Shown: positions 8,851-18,279 of the stretch, one piece after another
Layout: each line of letters opens with the position of its first letter
Numbering within the stretch: the stretch's first letter is position 1
Assembly: GCA_023245355.1 (NCBI GenBank)
Contig: JAHFKN010000002.1
Coordinates: forward strand, 136,460-200,459
Direction of reading: 5' to 3'
From: Candidatus Gottesmanbacteria bacterium
GTDB taxonomy: Bacteria > Patescibacteriota > Microgenomatia > UBA10105 > UBA927
Length of the DNA: 64,000 nucleotides
The notes under the pieces: model-generated
Databases searched by the model: none
The model's input: the letters and a program-made list of their open reading frames with translations, nothing else
What the model was told of the DNA's origin: nothing
Made by a program: the position numbers and the translations under genes

Positions 8851-10931
8851 GGCTCCGTATCCGTGCCGTCGCGTTTTGTCTGATCTATAAAGGCCCGTAC
8901 AACAACCCCCCCGGCGTCTTTGAGAATCAGCCGCCCGCCGTTTATCCCTTTGAGAATCTCATTTTTTGTTTTTTCCGCGCCGCTTACCCCGTCATAATTC
9001 GTCGTCGAGTAATAATAGGTGCAGCATTCCGAATATGCAGTATTTTTGAGGTCTCCGATTTCTACAATATTATTGGGGTGTATCTCCCGAAAGAGCGCAT
9101 CGGTGAACGTCACGCCGGAAAAAGAGGCGAGAGCAACAACGTTCGGATCTGTTTTGGGATGGGGTATGACCCCGATGACAACGGGCCGGTCGGACAGGGT
9201 GTTGCCGACAATTCTCTGGTGGATGGCCACTTTGGGCTGACGTCCGTCAAACACCGTTTCCAGAAGCGATAGCAACGCTTCCTCTTTGGATTTGTCTATC
9301 TTCTCCGGTGTCACCCAAACGGCATACCCGGCGGTATCCTGCGCCAGCGGTTTTTTGTCGCTGGCATGTATCGTGCCGCGGCGGGCGGGTATGACGGTAG
9401 TTTCCAGTACGCGTGTTTCGGTAAGATCAGGAATCATATAGGACCATTGCCAGGGGATCCGCCATCTGCCGTCTTCGCGTACAAACGGGATGGAGACATT
9501 CCCGGTAAACGACCCCAGTTGCCGGGTAAAAAACGTCACGGTCGCTTTCAACGTCTGGGGAGAGGCAAAGCCCGACGGGAGCGCTCCTTCGGGAGTAATT
9601 TCTATATGTTCTATTTCTCCCTGCGCCATGGTGGTCAGTCCGAACCTGCGGAATGTTTCCCTGTCCGCCCGGGTGCGGGACGACATCGTCGTGTCTTCAT
9701 ACAGGTCGGTAAAAAACATATGCTCCATGTTGTATATGACCTGGGCGGCTGTCGCGCGCGGTGTGGTAATAAGCCTGGGGATCGTTGATGTTACGTTGAC
9801 CAATAGTAGTGCAAATACAAGGATGAACATGGTGCGTTTCGGAAGACGCATCAGGGTCGCGCCGGCAGCAATATAGAGAAGCGGCAGTACTGCGACAAGA
9901 TACCGCGTCCAGAACGGAATGATCGTATAGATGCCAATGATGAGACTCAGTGTGAAGAAAAGTATCCCCCACTTCTGATCCTTATTCCGCGAGCGGACCC
10001 ATGCCGCTATAGCCGCCAGAGAACTAAACAGCAGTACGGCCCAGGAAGGACTCCATTCGGCGGCCCGTTCCCACCCATGAGAAAACAGATTCTGATAGTA
10101 ACCGGCGATAAGTGTGGTGATACTGCTGCCCCATGTGGGGGAAATATTGCCGTGGCTGTAAAAGGATATCATCCATTTTTGTAGTTTTAACCAATCGATG
10201 AATGAGTATCCGTGCAGAAAATATCCGACGTACGGCAGGAGATATCCGGCAAATGCACACAGAAGAAACACGGCAATATCACGGATATATTTGGTTTGTT
10301 TCCATAGGTAAACGATGCCGGCCATAACAAGAACCGGGGCAAGAAGAGGGACTTTCGTTTCGGAAAACAGCCCGAGCAACAGTCCGCAAAGGGCAGAAAC
10401 AACTATCCGGCGGTTTTTTGTGAGCGAAGTCACCTGAAACATCACAATCAGGAAAAGCATGAGAAACAGCGCCTGAAGTGCGTCCATCATGGTCAGCGTG
10501 GCCTGATTGATGATGAGCGGGTCGGTGGCCAGCAGGACTGCAATAATAAGCGCCGGCAGCGTCTGCCGGAACACTATTTTCGACAGCACATACGTCGATG
10601 CGATGAGAAATATTGTGGTAAGAAACCCGAATATGTGCGCGTTGCCAAACAGCAGGATACATATGCCGATAAGATATTTACCCAGCGGCGGTACCTCGGC
10701 ATTCAGGGTGATCGGGTCTCCGCCGCGGATGAGCCGATACCCCTCATACATGTACAGGCCGTCATCACCGATGGTGCGTTGGGAAAGCGGAAGTTTCCAT
10801 TGTGACTGCTCATACTTGTCTTTCCAGTAAGTTTCATCGAAACGGGAAAAGAGAAGCGCTCTGTTCCAGTAGGTTACGAAGCTAAGGTACAGCAGCAGGA
10901 AAATGAAAAGAAATGCGGGCAATCGGCGCAT
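8847..10931 (-). CDS. GT-C fold (GT39/ArnT/PMT-like) membrane glycosyltransferase with a C-terminal extracytoplasmic domain
   Basis: About ten TM helices N-terminally with ArnT/PMT-like loops. The C-terminal roughly 270 aa is soluble and resembles a PBP dimerisation-type domain. Confidence 0.6.
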   Translation of the reverse strand: MRRLPAFLFIFLLLYLSFVTYWNRALLFSRFDETYWKDKYEQSQWKLPLSQRTIGDDGLYMYEGYRLIRGGDPITLNAEVPPLGKYLIGICILLFGNAHIFGFLTTIFLIASTYVLSKIVFRQTLPALIIAVLLATDPLIINQATLTMMDALQALFLMLFLIVMFQVTSLTKNRRIVVSALCGLLLGLFSETKVPLLAPVLVMAGIVYLWKQTKYIRDIAVFLLCAFAGYLLPYVGYFLHGYSFIDWLKLQKWMISFYSHGNISPTWGSSITTLIAGYYQNLFSHGWERAAEWSPSWAVLLFSSLAAIAAWVRSRNKDQKWGILFFTLSLIIGIYTIIPFWTRYLVAVLPLLYIAAGATLMRLPKRTMFILVFALLLVNVTSTIPRLITTPRATAAQVIYNMEHMFFTDLYEDTTMSSRTRADRETFRRFGLTTMAQGEIEHIEITPEGALPSGFASPQTLKATVTFFTRQLGSFTGNVSIPFVREDGRWRIPWQWSYMIPDLTETRVLETTVIPARRGTIHASDKKPLAQDTAGYAVWVTPEKIDKSKEEALLSLLETVFDGRQPKVAIHQRIVGNTLSDRPVVIGVIPHPKTDPNVVALASFSGVTFTDALFREIHPNNIVEIGDLKNTAYSECCTYYYSTTNYDGVSGAEKTKNEILKGINGGRLILKDAGGVVVRAFIDQTKRDGTDTEP

Positions 10932-10989
10932 AGGGTTGACCCCATTCTAGCAGAGAGCGGGAAACGGCGGTATAATACGCATGGAACTC

Positions 10990-11061
10990 GCTTCCGTAGT
11001 TCAATGGATAGAATGCGGCCCTCCGAAGGCTGTGATGGCAGTTCGACTCTGCCCGGGAGTA
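10990..11061 (+). tRNA. tRNA-Arg(CCG)
   Basis: Same D arm as the tRNA at 7789. Anticodon stem CGGCC/GGCTG with loop CTCCGAA, T arm GGCAG-TTCGACT-CTGCC, G1-U72. Confidence 0.75.
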
Positions 11062-11081
11062 CTTAGGGTAAACATGCACGT

Positions 11082-11678
11082 ATGAAAGATTCGAAACGGT
11101 TAACCAATTTAATCTATGAAGCCGCCAACGTGAAGCGGATGCTCCGGACGGGGTGGCAGCGCCTGGGTGATAACGAAGAAGGCGTAGGGGAACATTCATT
11201 TATGACAGCCGTCATCGCCTATCTTCTGGCCAAGCAGATAAACGATCAGAACGAATCCGGCAGGAAGGTTTCCATGGAAAAAATTCTTATTATGAGTATT
11301 TTTCATGATTTTCACGAAGGGCGGACCGGGGAAATGGACAAGGTTGCTAAACTGTATATGACACGGCATGAGGATAAAGCAAATATAGACATATTTGAAG
11401 GTATCGACGATGAATTATTAGCTCAGCTCAATGAATATGAAGCCAAAAAATCCCTGGAAGCGCAGGTGGTGTACGAGGCAAACGTCATCGCGTTCGGCGT
11501 AGAGTGCAAAATCCTGATGGAAAAGGGCAATACCCACGCGAAGGAATGGATGGACGCCAATTCGTTGCGCGTCAGGCTTCCTGAGTCGGTCGAGCTCATG
11601 ACTGCGTTAGCTATAACCGATTCACAGGATTGGTGGAAAGATATCCGGGAAGCGATCCACGAAGAATTTGCCAAATAA
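11082..11678 (+). CDS. HD-domain phosphohydrolase (YfbR-like 5'-nucleotidase family)
   Basis: HS...FHDFHEGRTGE metal-binding HD motif, 198 aa. Confidence 0.75.
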   Translation: MKDSKRLTNLIYEAANVKRMLRTGWQRLGDNEEGVGEHSFMTAVIAYLLAKQINDQNESGRKVSMEKILIMSIFHDFHEGRTGEMDKVAKLYMTRHEDKANIDIFEGIDDELLAQLNEYEAKKSLEAQVVYEANVIAFGVECKILMEKGNTHAKEWMDANSLRVRLPESVELMTALAITDSQDWWKDIREAIHEEFAK

Positions 11679-11681
11679 GTA

Positions 11682-12611
11682 TTACTCTCCCTGCGAAAAA
11701 AGTGCTGCCGCTGTTTTTTTGGTAATATGCTGACGGGTGGCAAACAGCACGCCGGTGATAATCAGCGCTGATCCCAGTACATACGTGAGGGAAAGCCGCT
11801 CTCCGAGAACAACCGCATTGATGGCAACGCCTACGACCAGCTGAATATATTCCTTGAGCGAGGCGGTTGAAGCTGACACATGCTGCACTCCCCACTGGAA
11901 GAGAAAAAATGTCGTTACCGTAATGCCGACTGCCGCAAACAGTAACACACCCATATATGTCGGGACATGAAGCGCCGGTGATAAAAGAGACTGTCCGGCA
12001 ACAGCGGATGCAAGGGTTGCCGCAGCCGTGACGACAAATATATTGATAGACGTAGAGAGCACGGGGGAGAAATCGCCCTGTGAGAGGATCCGCCGGGAGA
12101 AAATAATATACAGTGTCCAGCAAAGCAGGCTGCCGACCATCAGAAGATTGCCCAAAATACTCCCGCCCGTGCCGGTTCCTTTTTCAATCACGGGAAGCAG
12201 GACGATACATAAAGCACCCACCAATCCGATCAGGATGCCCGTGAGTTTGTTTTTTCCGATCGGTTCCTTGATGAAAAACGGGGAAAGCAACGCGACGCTA
12301 ATCGGAATGGCGGTGCCCAGGATACTTCCTGTATTTGCCGTGGTAAGGGAAAGACCGGTGTAGTAAAACAGGATATTCCCTGCATTGAATATGCCCAGCG
12401 GAAGGAGAGAGTGGAAATATCCTTTGGGTTTTTTCACCCGGAGAAAAAATGGGAGAATGATAAGCGATGCCAGGATAAACCGGTGGCTTGCGGCGACAAA
12501 CGGGGTAACTTCCATAAACAGCAGTTTGGATACAGATCCTGCGCTCGCCCAGAGGATTGCGGAAACAAATATTGCAAAAAGCGCTTTGTGACGCACTGTC
12601 ATACAATGCAT
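11682..12611 (-). CDS. EamA/DMT family transporter
   Basis: About 10 TM helices with duplicated EamA-like halves, 309 aa. Confidence 0.75.
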   Translation of the reverse strand: MHCMTVRHKALFAIFVSAILWASAGSVSKLLFMEVTPFVAASHRFILASLIILPFFLRVKKPKGYFHSLLPLGIFNAGNILFYYTGLSLTTANTGSILGTAIPISVALLSPFFIKEPIGKNKLTGILIGLVGALCIVLLPVIEKGTGTGGSILGNLLMVGSLLCWTLYIIFSRRILSQGDFSPVLSTSINIFVVTAAATLASAVAGQSLLSPALHVPTYMGVLLFAAVGITVTTFFLFQWGVQHVSASTASLKEYIQLVVGVAINAVVLGERLSLTYVLGSALIITGVLFATRQHITKKTAAALFSQGE

Positions 12612-12657
12612 TATAGCACCGGAAACAGCAGGAAAGATGGTATAATCAGAACCTATT

Positions 12658-12740
12658 GGAGGAGTGGCCCAGTGGCTACGGCATACGCTTGGAAAGCGTA
12701 CGGGAGCAATCCCTCGCAGGTTCGAGTCCTGTCTCCTCCG
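12658..12740 (+). tRNA. tRNA-Ser(GGA), type II
   Basis: Acceptor GGAGGAG/CTCCTCC, anticodon stem TACGC/GCGTA with loop TTGGAAA, long variable arm, T loop TTCGAGT, G73. Confidence 0.85.
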
Positions 12741-12913
12741 CAGTAGTTTCAGGGTTCTACCCGACCCGTTTACTACCCACGAATGGGTTGCTGTGGCTTG
12801 CTAAACTATCTTCATTTCAACATATTTCGTTTCAAGAGCCTGGAGAAAGCGTGCTTATGTTTGACGGATGTACGAGTGTTTTGTACGATAAGGACGGAAA
12901 AATTTGAAAGGAG

Positions 12914-13237
12914 GTGAAAATTATGGATCAGCAAATTGACCAAAAAATAAAAAATATACTTAATGATTGGCATAAAGCGCATGACCGATCAATGCAATTT
13001 AACGCAAAGGAAGTTGTGCCGGGTGTGCCAATCGTTCCAATCGATTTATTCCAAATGGCGTTGGCTTACGATGATGAAGAGAGGCAGTTGTTGTATTTAG
13101 AGTTGGCTTATAGTGAAAAATACCCCAAACAGTATTCAAAGGATCAAGTTACGACAATTAAGAAGCAGATTGAGAAACTCACGCATAATATAAGAGCGTG
13201 GCAGAATAGACAACTTCCGAGTGAGTATCGGGAATAA
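12914..13237 (+). CDS. hypothetical protein (island)
   Basis: Strong RBS GAAAGGAGGTGAAAATT before the ATG. 107 aa with no recognisable domain. Confidence 0.5.
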   Translation: MKIMDQQIDQKIKNILNDWHKAHDRSMQFNAKEVVPGVPIVPIDLFQMALAYDDEERQLLYLELAYSEKYPKQYSKDQVTTIKKQIEKLTHNIRAWQNRQLPSEYRE

Positions 13238-13312
13238 TGGGAAGGTTGGGTGTATTATCAGGGCGACTGAAGGGGCTAGAGCAAGAGGATGATTTGATGC
13301 AGAGTGTTTCCG

Positions 13313-14464
13313 TCAAATAGTAATATTTAATTCTGTTAATGCATTTTGGTATACCGTGGTTGTGTCAACTAATTGTGCGGCAATTTTAGGTGCATGATCT
13401 TTAGTAACTTTCATACTTATTAACGTTTGGATTAAGTCTTTTTTGTTTACCTTGTGAAGCTCGATGATGTTAACAATGTTAAGGTTCTTTTTGAGAATGT
13501 CTTGTTTCATGACTATGATATCTTTATCGGTGTGTGGAACTCCATCAAGAAGTATTGTGACATCAAGCTTCTCAATAATTTTTCGGATTTTTACTTTAAG
13601 CTCTCTGTTTAATTCGATGTGTCGTTCATTAGATTTTTCAAGAATTTGACCACTAATCTGCTCATTGTCTGCGACTGGTCCAAGCCCTATGTATTCGTCA
13701 TCCACCATGCCGACATTGGTTGGATTCATATTTGTTTCAGTGATGAGGAAATTATATTTTAGATACCCCCAATCGATATACCCCTTTTTGTTTAATCGTT
13801 GATATTCTTTCTTGTTTTTCTCTTTGACTATTTGAAGAAAGTCGCTCCACTCTTTTTGTCGTATTTTGCTTAGGTGGTATATAAGAAATTTTTTCATGTT
13901 AATGATTTGTTTAAGTCTGTCGCTTTTCAGGCGGTTCTTATTGATCAAGAAAAATGTTGAGTTTCTACCCAGTCTGGCAAACCCCAGTGCTTCAAGGAAT
14001 TTCGGGTATTGTCGGACCGGAGTTTCTAAATCCAATGACTTGGCGATTCTTCGAAGCGGCGCGCTGTAAATGAAAAGTTGAAAATACCCAGATGATCCAG
14101 CAAGAGACAAAAGATCCCTTTCTCTTATGAGTCCTTCAGCTATGAGCTTGTTTAGGAGCTTGAGTGAGTTTTCTTTAATTTCTCTTTCCCGTTCATATTT
14201 CTGTTGAGTTGTGGCCATCTGATCGAAGTCTTTTTGAAGCTTACCAGACGACCTTTTCAGCTTCTCAAGATTATCGATTGTGAGGTCGCTATTTTTGTCA
14301 TCGTTGTATTTTTGGTAAAAAGAGTGGATGAGGTCGATTGCAAAATACACATAACTGGCAAGAATGGTGTTAAAAATCGCAGCTATGAAGGCGAGAGATA
14401 GTTTTGTGCCCAGAAGCGCATATTCAGAAATGACCTTAAGCGTTGAAGATTTATTCGTTTGCAT
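13313..14464 (-). CDS. hypothetical membrane-anchored coiled-coil protein (island)
   Basis: 383 aa with two N-terminal TM helices followed by Lys/Glu-rich helical sequence. AT-rich codon usage differs from the backbone. Confidence 0.55.
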   Translation of the reverse strand: MQTNKSSTLKVISEYALLGTKLSLAFIAAIFNTILASYVYFAIDLIHSFYQKYNDDKNSDLTIDNLEKLKRSSGKLQKDFDQMATTQQKYEREREIKENSLKLLNKLIAEGLIRERDLLSLAGSSGYFQLFIYSAPLRRIAKSLDLETPVRQYPKFLEALGFARLGRNSTFFLINKNRLKSDRLKQIINMKKFLIYHLSKIRQKEWSDFLQIVKEKNKKEYQRLNKKGYIDWGYLKYNFLITETNMNPTNVGMVDDEYIGLGPVADNEQISGQILEKSNERHIELNRELKVKIRKIIEKLDVTILLDGVPHTDKDIIVMKQDILKKNLNIVNIIELHKVNKKDLIQTLISMKVTKDHAPKIAAQLVDTTTVYQNALTELNITI

Positions 14465-14490
14465 ATAGGTATCTGTTGGATATATTGTCT

Positions 14491-15651
14491 TTACATACGA
14501 GATTTTCTGTATTCCCGGTTGAGGATGTCGGTGACAACGTCCTTATTCGGCACAAAAAAGTCGAACATAATCGTTATTTTTTTGACCACTTCATAAATTA
14601 CCGGATCTAAATTTTCCTGAAGCTCATGAAGTGTCGTTTCTGTTTCCCAGGAGGCATGCTCGGACCCGCACGCATAATGAGACAGGGTAAATGCCCGCAT
14701 CGGATTCCATGCGCTCAGCGTTCTATTGGTCAATCCGTACAACGACATCTTTATTTTTACCCGTTCATTTTCGTTTACTCCTAGGTGTCGGTAATAGGCA
14801 AGACAGTGTTCCAGAGCTTCGGCCGTGCGCCATACGAGAGTGTCAAAATATAGGACGGTCTTCGGTTTGGCTTCGCCGTTTCCACTGTCCGACTCTAGAT
14901 TCCGAGCGAAGTAAAATTCGCCTTTATTCTTTGCGTACCAGTAGTCGAGTAAAAGATGGTCAGTAGGAGAGTATTCTGCTTTGATGCCATCTTCCTGCGG
15001 ATGGGGCCGTTCATCTTCACCGGTCAGGTATGCCCCGATGGGCCAACCGGTTCGACGTAATTCGGCAGCCTGAAGCGTTTCTTTAAGGGTGTCGACGGAG
15101 TATTCCGTGTAGTTGTTCGGTAGGTAGTGAATGACCTCATAGGATCCGAATTCACCTAATTTCTTCCGGAAATACGCTCCCTGCTCCTTAAACCATACTT
15201 CAATTTCCTTATCAGAGTCCTTGAGTGTAATGAGACCCCGGGAGACTAGGTCACTGAAGCTCGTGCTTTCCTTCTGCGCTTTGGCCTTCGCCCATTCAAA
15301 AAGAGGGGCGGCGATCGTCACGTTTGTTCTGACGAGATCGGTCGTTTTTTCTTGTGGGGGAAGCACAGATTTGATATCATCGGTAGTGATTTTCCCGCCG
15401 TTCATAAGCACGCGAAATCTGTCTTGTGGGAGCTGTCCTCCGGATTTTTCTATCCATGACTTCATCTCCGCGATAGCGAATTGTTCGAGTGCCTCCTGCG
15501 GGGGATCAGGTTCTTTAAAAGGGATGTCCCGGTCGAAGACGTAGATTTTGTATTCAAAATCGTTGCTTGCGTTGGTGACTGAGAGAGTGAATATCCGACG
15601 GCCATCCTCGTGTGAGACGCCAGTAACCGATATTTTGAAATCTGCAGCCAT
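14491..15651 (-). CDS. hypothetical cytosolic protein (island)
   Basis: Long ORF with no recognisable family. Start chosen at MAADFKI, downstream of a TTGACA-18-TACAAT promoter-like element. The alternative GTG start at 15711 has AAGGGAG upstream. Confidence 0.5.
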   Translation of the reverse strand: MAADFKISVTGVSHEDGRRIFTLSVTNASNDFEYKIYVFDRDIPFKEPDPPQEALEQFAIAEMKSWIEKSGGQLPQDRFRVLMNGGKITTDDIKSVLPPQEKTTDLVRTNVTIAAPLFEWAKAKAQKESTSFSDLVSRGLITLKDSDKEIEVWFKEQGAYFRKKLGEFGSYEVIHYLPNNYTEYSVDTLKETLQAAELRRTGWPIGAYLTGEDERPHPQEDGIKAEYSPTDHLLLDYWYAKNKGEFYFARNLESDSGNGEAKPKTVLYFDTLVWRTAEALEHCLAYYRHLGVNENERVKIKMSLYGLTNRTLSAWNPMRAFTLSHYACGSEHASWETETTLHELQENLDPVIYEVVKKITIMFDFFVPNKDVVTDILNREYRKSRM

Positions 15652-15876
15652 GAGGATATTGTAACATGCCATGTGTGAGTGTGTCAATACACACGAGATA
15701 GCATGAGACACTCCCTTTTATACTGTCTCATTTGTCTCATTTAGCCACGACTACGGGACACCGGAAACAGGGAATCTGGTAGAATACAGGGTAAGAGCAT
15801 GGTGGGGTTATAAGGATACTTAGGTTCCAGACCAGCATGCTCCGCCAAAGAGTGATATGCGTGAGATAATGATTCC

Positions 15877-17424
15877 GTGAAGCACCCGCTTACTCATCGT
15901 CACATAATCGTTCACGTTATTTTTTCCGTGTTTCTTCTGATATATGTGGGTATCGGCTTCCGTGTGTATCCGGACTACGGCGTACCTATCGACGAATATT
16001 CACAGATAGAACTCGGCCGGGTAAATTATGAGCGTATTGTCAACGGAAATCCGGACATACAGACACAGTATGACCGGTATTACGGCCCTGCTTTTGAAGT
16101 GCCGCTTTATGTGTTCGGCAATCTGCTGCAGACGAGGTTCGGAATCGATCAGATGAGTGCGCGGCATCTGGGGATATTTATATTTTTTGCTTTTTCCCTG
16201 GTTTTGTTTTATCGGTTTCTTGCGGTTATAACCGGGCATCCGGGATACGGAGTATTGGGAGTGGCACTTCTTGTTTTGTCACCGCGTTTTTTTGCGGAGA
16301 GTTTTTATAACACAAAAGACATTGCGTTTTTGTCCGCAACACTTCTCGTGTTGTGGGCATATGTCAGACCAAAAAAACCTGCGTGGGTATGGCTTGTGGT
16401 TCTTGCGGCGGCGACCGGGTTTGCAATAGCCATACGCGCTCAGGGATTATTGCTGCTTTTCGTGCTCGCCGTTACCCTGCTTTTTACCGGAAAAGAAACG
16501 AGTCGTGTCAGAATACAAACGGCGGTTACCTACATCGTGTCGTCGCTTGGGTTCACATATGGTATGTTTCCGGTATTTTGGAATGACACACTCCGCAATA
16601 TTGTAGGGTTCTGGCAGTCATCGGCAAATCCCGTGGGAGTGCCGACGTATTACTTCGGAACATTCTACGTAAGTCCGCTCATCCCGTGGCATTACCATTT
16701 CGTTTGGGTGGCAATCAGTAGTCTGCTTTCCGTCGTCGCTACCGCTCTGATGGGCATCTTCTGGTTTGCATTTTTCCGGGGGAGCAAAACGTCAGGCGGG
16801 CATACGCAGCCGTTCGTTGTCATGGCGCTTATTATCGCGGGAACGTTTCTGACATCCGTATTTTTCCATCCGCGCTCCTATGACGGGTGGCGGCATATTT
16901 ATTATGTGTATCCCTGCCTTATAGGGTTTTCCGTGTATATGCTGCAGCAGTGTCTGATACGCCTGCGTGCGCCGGCTGTTAAGGTAGCGTTCTTTGTGCT
17001 GGTGTTACTGGTATGTGCCGATGTGGTGAGCGCGGCGATATTTATGATCCGTAACCATCCGAACGAGTATGTGTACTTTAACGTGCTTGCCGGTAATTAC
17101 AAAAAAGCGAAGGCGAATTTTGATTTCGACTACTGGGGGATTTCATACAAGCAGATTTTCGGATATCTTATGTCGATACCGGGCACAAAGCCGACAACCG
17201 TATATTTCGAGCAGGAATTGCCGTATACGGAAGTTGTGATGATACCCTTTCTACAAAAGAAAGGAATGCGCATCGTGTCCTCTCCTGAAGAAGCGGATGT
17301 GTATGTTACTATCAACCGGGATTTTAAGGAGCCTCCTCCGTTGCGGTTCCGGCGGATATATGCAGTAACGGTTGAAGATGCGGACGCTTCAGCAGTGTAT
17401 GTACGGGACGGTTTTATTCTTTAG
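15877..17424 (+). CDS. GT-C family membrane glycosyltransferase (GT39/ArnT-like)
   Basis: 515 aa with more than 10 TM helices and an early acidic loop PIDEYSQIELGR typical of PMT/ArnT-like enzymes. Confidence 0.6.
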   Translation: MKHPLTHRHIIVHVIFSVFLLIYVGIGFRVYPDYGVPIDEYSQIELGRVNYERIVNGNPDIQTQYDRYYGPAFEVPLYVFGNLLQTRFGIDQMSARHLGIFIFFAFSLVLFYRFLAVITGHPGYGVLGVALLVLSPRFFAESFYNTKDIAFLSATLLVLWAYVRPKKPAWVWLVVLAAATGFAIAIRAQGLLLLFVLAVTLLFTGKETSRVRIQTAVTYIVSSLGFTYGMFPVFWNDTLRNIVGFWQSSANPVGVPTYYFGTFYVSPLIPWHYHFVWVAISSLLSVVATALMGIFWFAFFRGSKTSGGHTQPFVVMALIIAGTFLTSVFFHPRSYDGWRHIYYVYPCLIGFSVYMLQQCLIRLRAPAVKVAFFVLVLLVCADVVSAAIFMIRNHPNEYVYFNVLAGNYKKAKANFDFDYWGISYKQIFGYLMSIPGTKPTTVYFEQELPYTEVVMIPFLQKKGMRIVSSPEEADVYVTINRDFKEPPPLRFRRIYAVTVEDADASAVYVRDGFIL

Positions 17425-17429
17425 CCGAT

Positions 17430-18134
17430 ATGAATAAGGCAGGAATGTTGGTCGAGAAAATATATCATGACGCTGTATTTGCAGATCGTATCGCACCGGA
17501 TATGTTTCCCACGGGCGTTTCGTATACACAAGGGAAGTTTTTGTCCCGCGCCGTCTCGCGGTATACCCCGCAGGTCGTAATCGAACTGGGATTCCGGTAC
17601 GGGATTTCATCGCTGTGGATTCAGAGTGCCGCCCATCCGCCCCGCCGCCACATCATCGTGGATCCCTATCATCATATTCCGTCCCCCCCGAAACAAAGCA
17701 CGATTGATGATTTCATAAAAAAACAAAAGGGTGTGACTCTGGAAGATTCCATGACAAGCCAGGAATATTTAGCACGCGTAATGCAGTCGGGTACGAAGGT
17801 AGACTTCGTGTTTGTCGATGCCAGCCAGTGGTTTGACAGTGTCATGACGGATATGTTTTTTGTTTCCAGGGTGCTGCGGATACACGGAGTCGTTATCATA
17901 CGGAACCTGTGGAATCGCCCCGTCAGGAAAGCGGTCATGTTTTATCTTAAAAATCTGCCGTATAGTTTGGAGGGAGCCGCGCCGTGGAAAGAATGGGTGA
18001 TCAAGCATGTGCCGGTCATCGGTGAACTATTTCTGCGCATTTCCGTGCGGTCACTGGGCCTTTGCGTGTTACGGGTTACCGGTCCGGACGAGCGTATCTC
18101 AAAGCACATTTGGAATCATTTTATTCCGTTTTAG
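17430..18134 (+). CDS. class I SAM-dependent O-methyltransferase-like protein
   Basis: VIELGFRYGISSLWI (SAM motif I-like) and DFVFVDAS...GVVII resemble family-3 O-methyltransferases. Confidence 0.6.
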   Translation: MNKAGMLVEKIYHDAVFADRIAPDMFPTGVSYTQGKFLSRAVSRYTPQVVIELGFRYGISSLWIQSAAHPPRRHIIVDPYHHIPSPPKQSTIDDFIKKQKGVTLEDSMTSQEYLARVMQSGTKVDFVFVDASQWFDSVMTDMFFVSRVLRIHGVVIIRNLWNRPVRKAVMFYLKNLPYSLEGAAPWKEWVIKHVPVIGELFLRISVRSLGLCVLRVTGPDERISKHIWNHFIPF

Positions 18135-18279
18135 CATATGATTACCTGCGTGTTTGAAAACGGAAAAGAAGCGCACCTGTCGTACCGCAGACGGCTGTTT
18201 CCCCTCCTGATAGTTATGTAGCGGAGAATAGACCTCTGCGCGGAGTTCATGCTATAGTCGGGGTGCCCAAAATTCCATT

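Larger units (their letters stand above)
12750..15800. other. AT-rich islet adjacent to tRNA-Ser(GGA)
   Basis: GC content drops visibly immediately 3' of the tRNA. The islet carries three unrecognisable genes, no integrase, and a conserved GT-C gene follows. Confidence 0.5.

Noticed and set aside
9366-9788. Several 60-150 aa ORFs antisense to large genes (e.g. 9366-9788, 10279-10662, 20070-20936, 24808-25431, 26720-27370, 27906-28391)
   Set aside because: They are embedded opposite well-supported long CDS, have no RBS or family resemblance, and show Arg/Pro/Gly-rich compositions typical of GC-rich antisense frames.
15830-15860. Weak similarity to the tRNA-Ser(GGA) 3' end (aggttccagaccagcatgctccgcc) as a possible att direct repeat at the islet's far end
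   Set aside because: Only about 60% identity over 24 nt, which is within chance expectation. Not reported as an att site.
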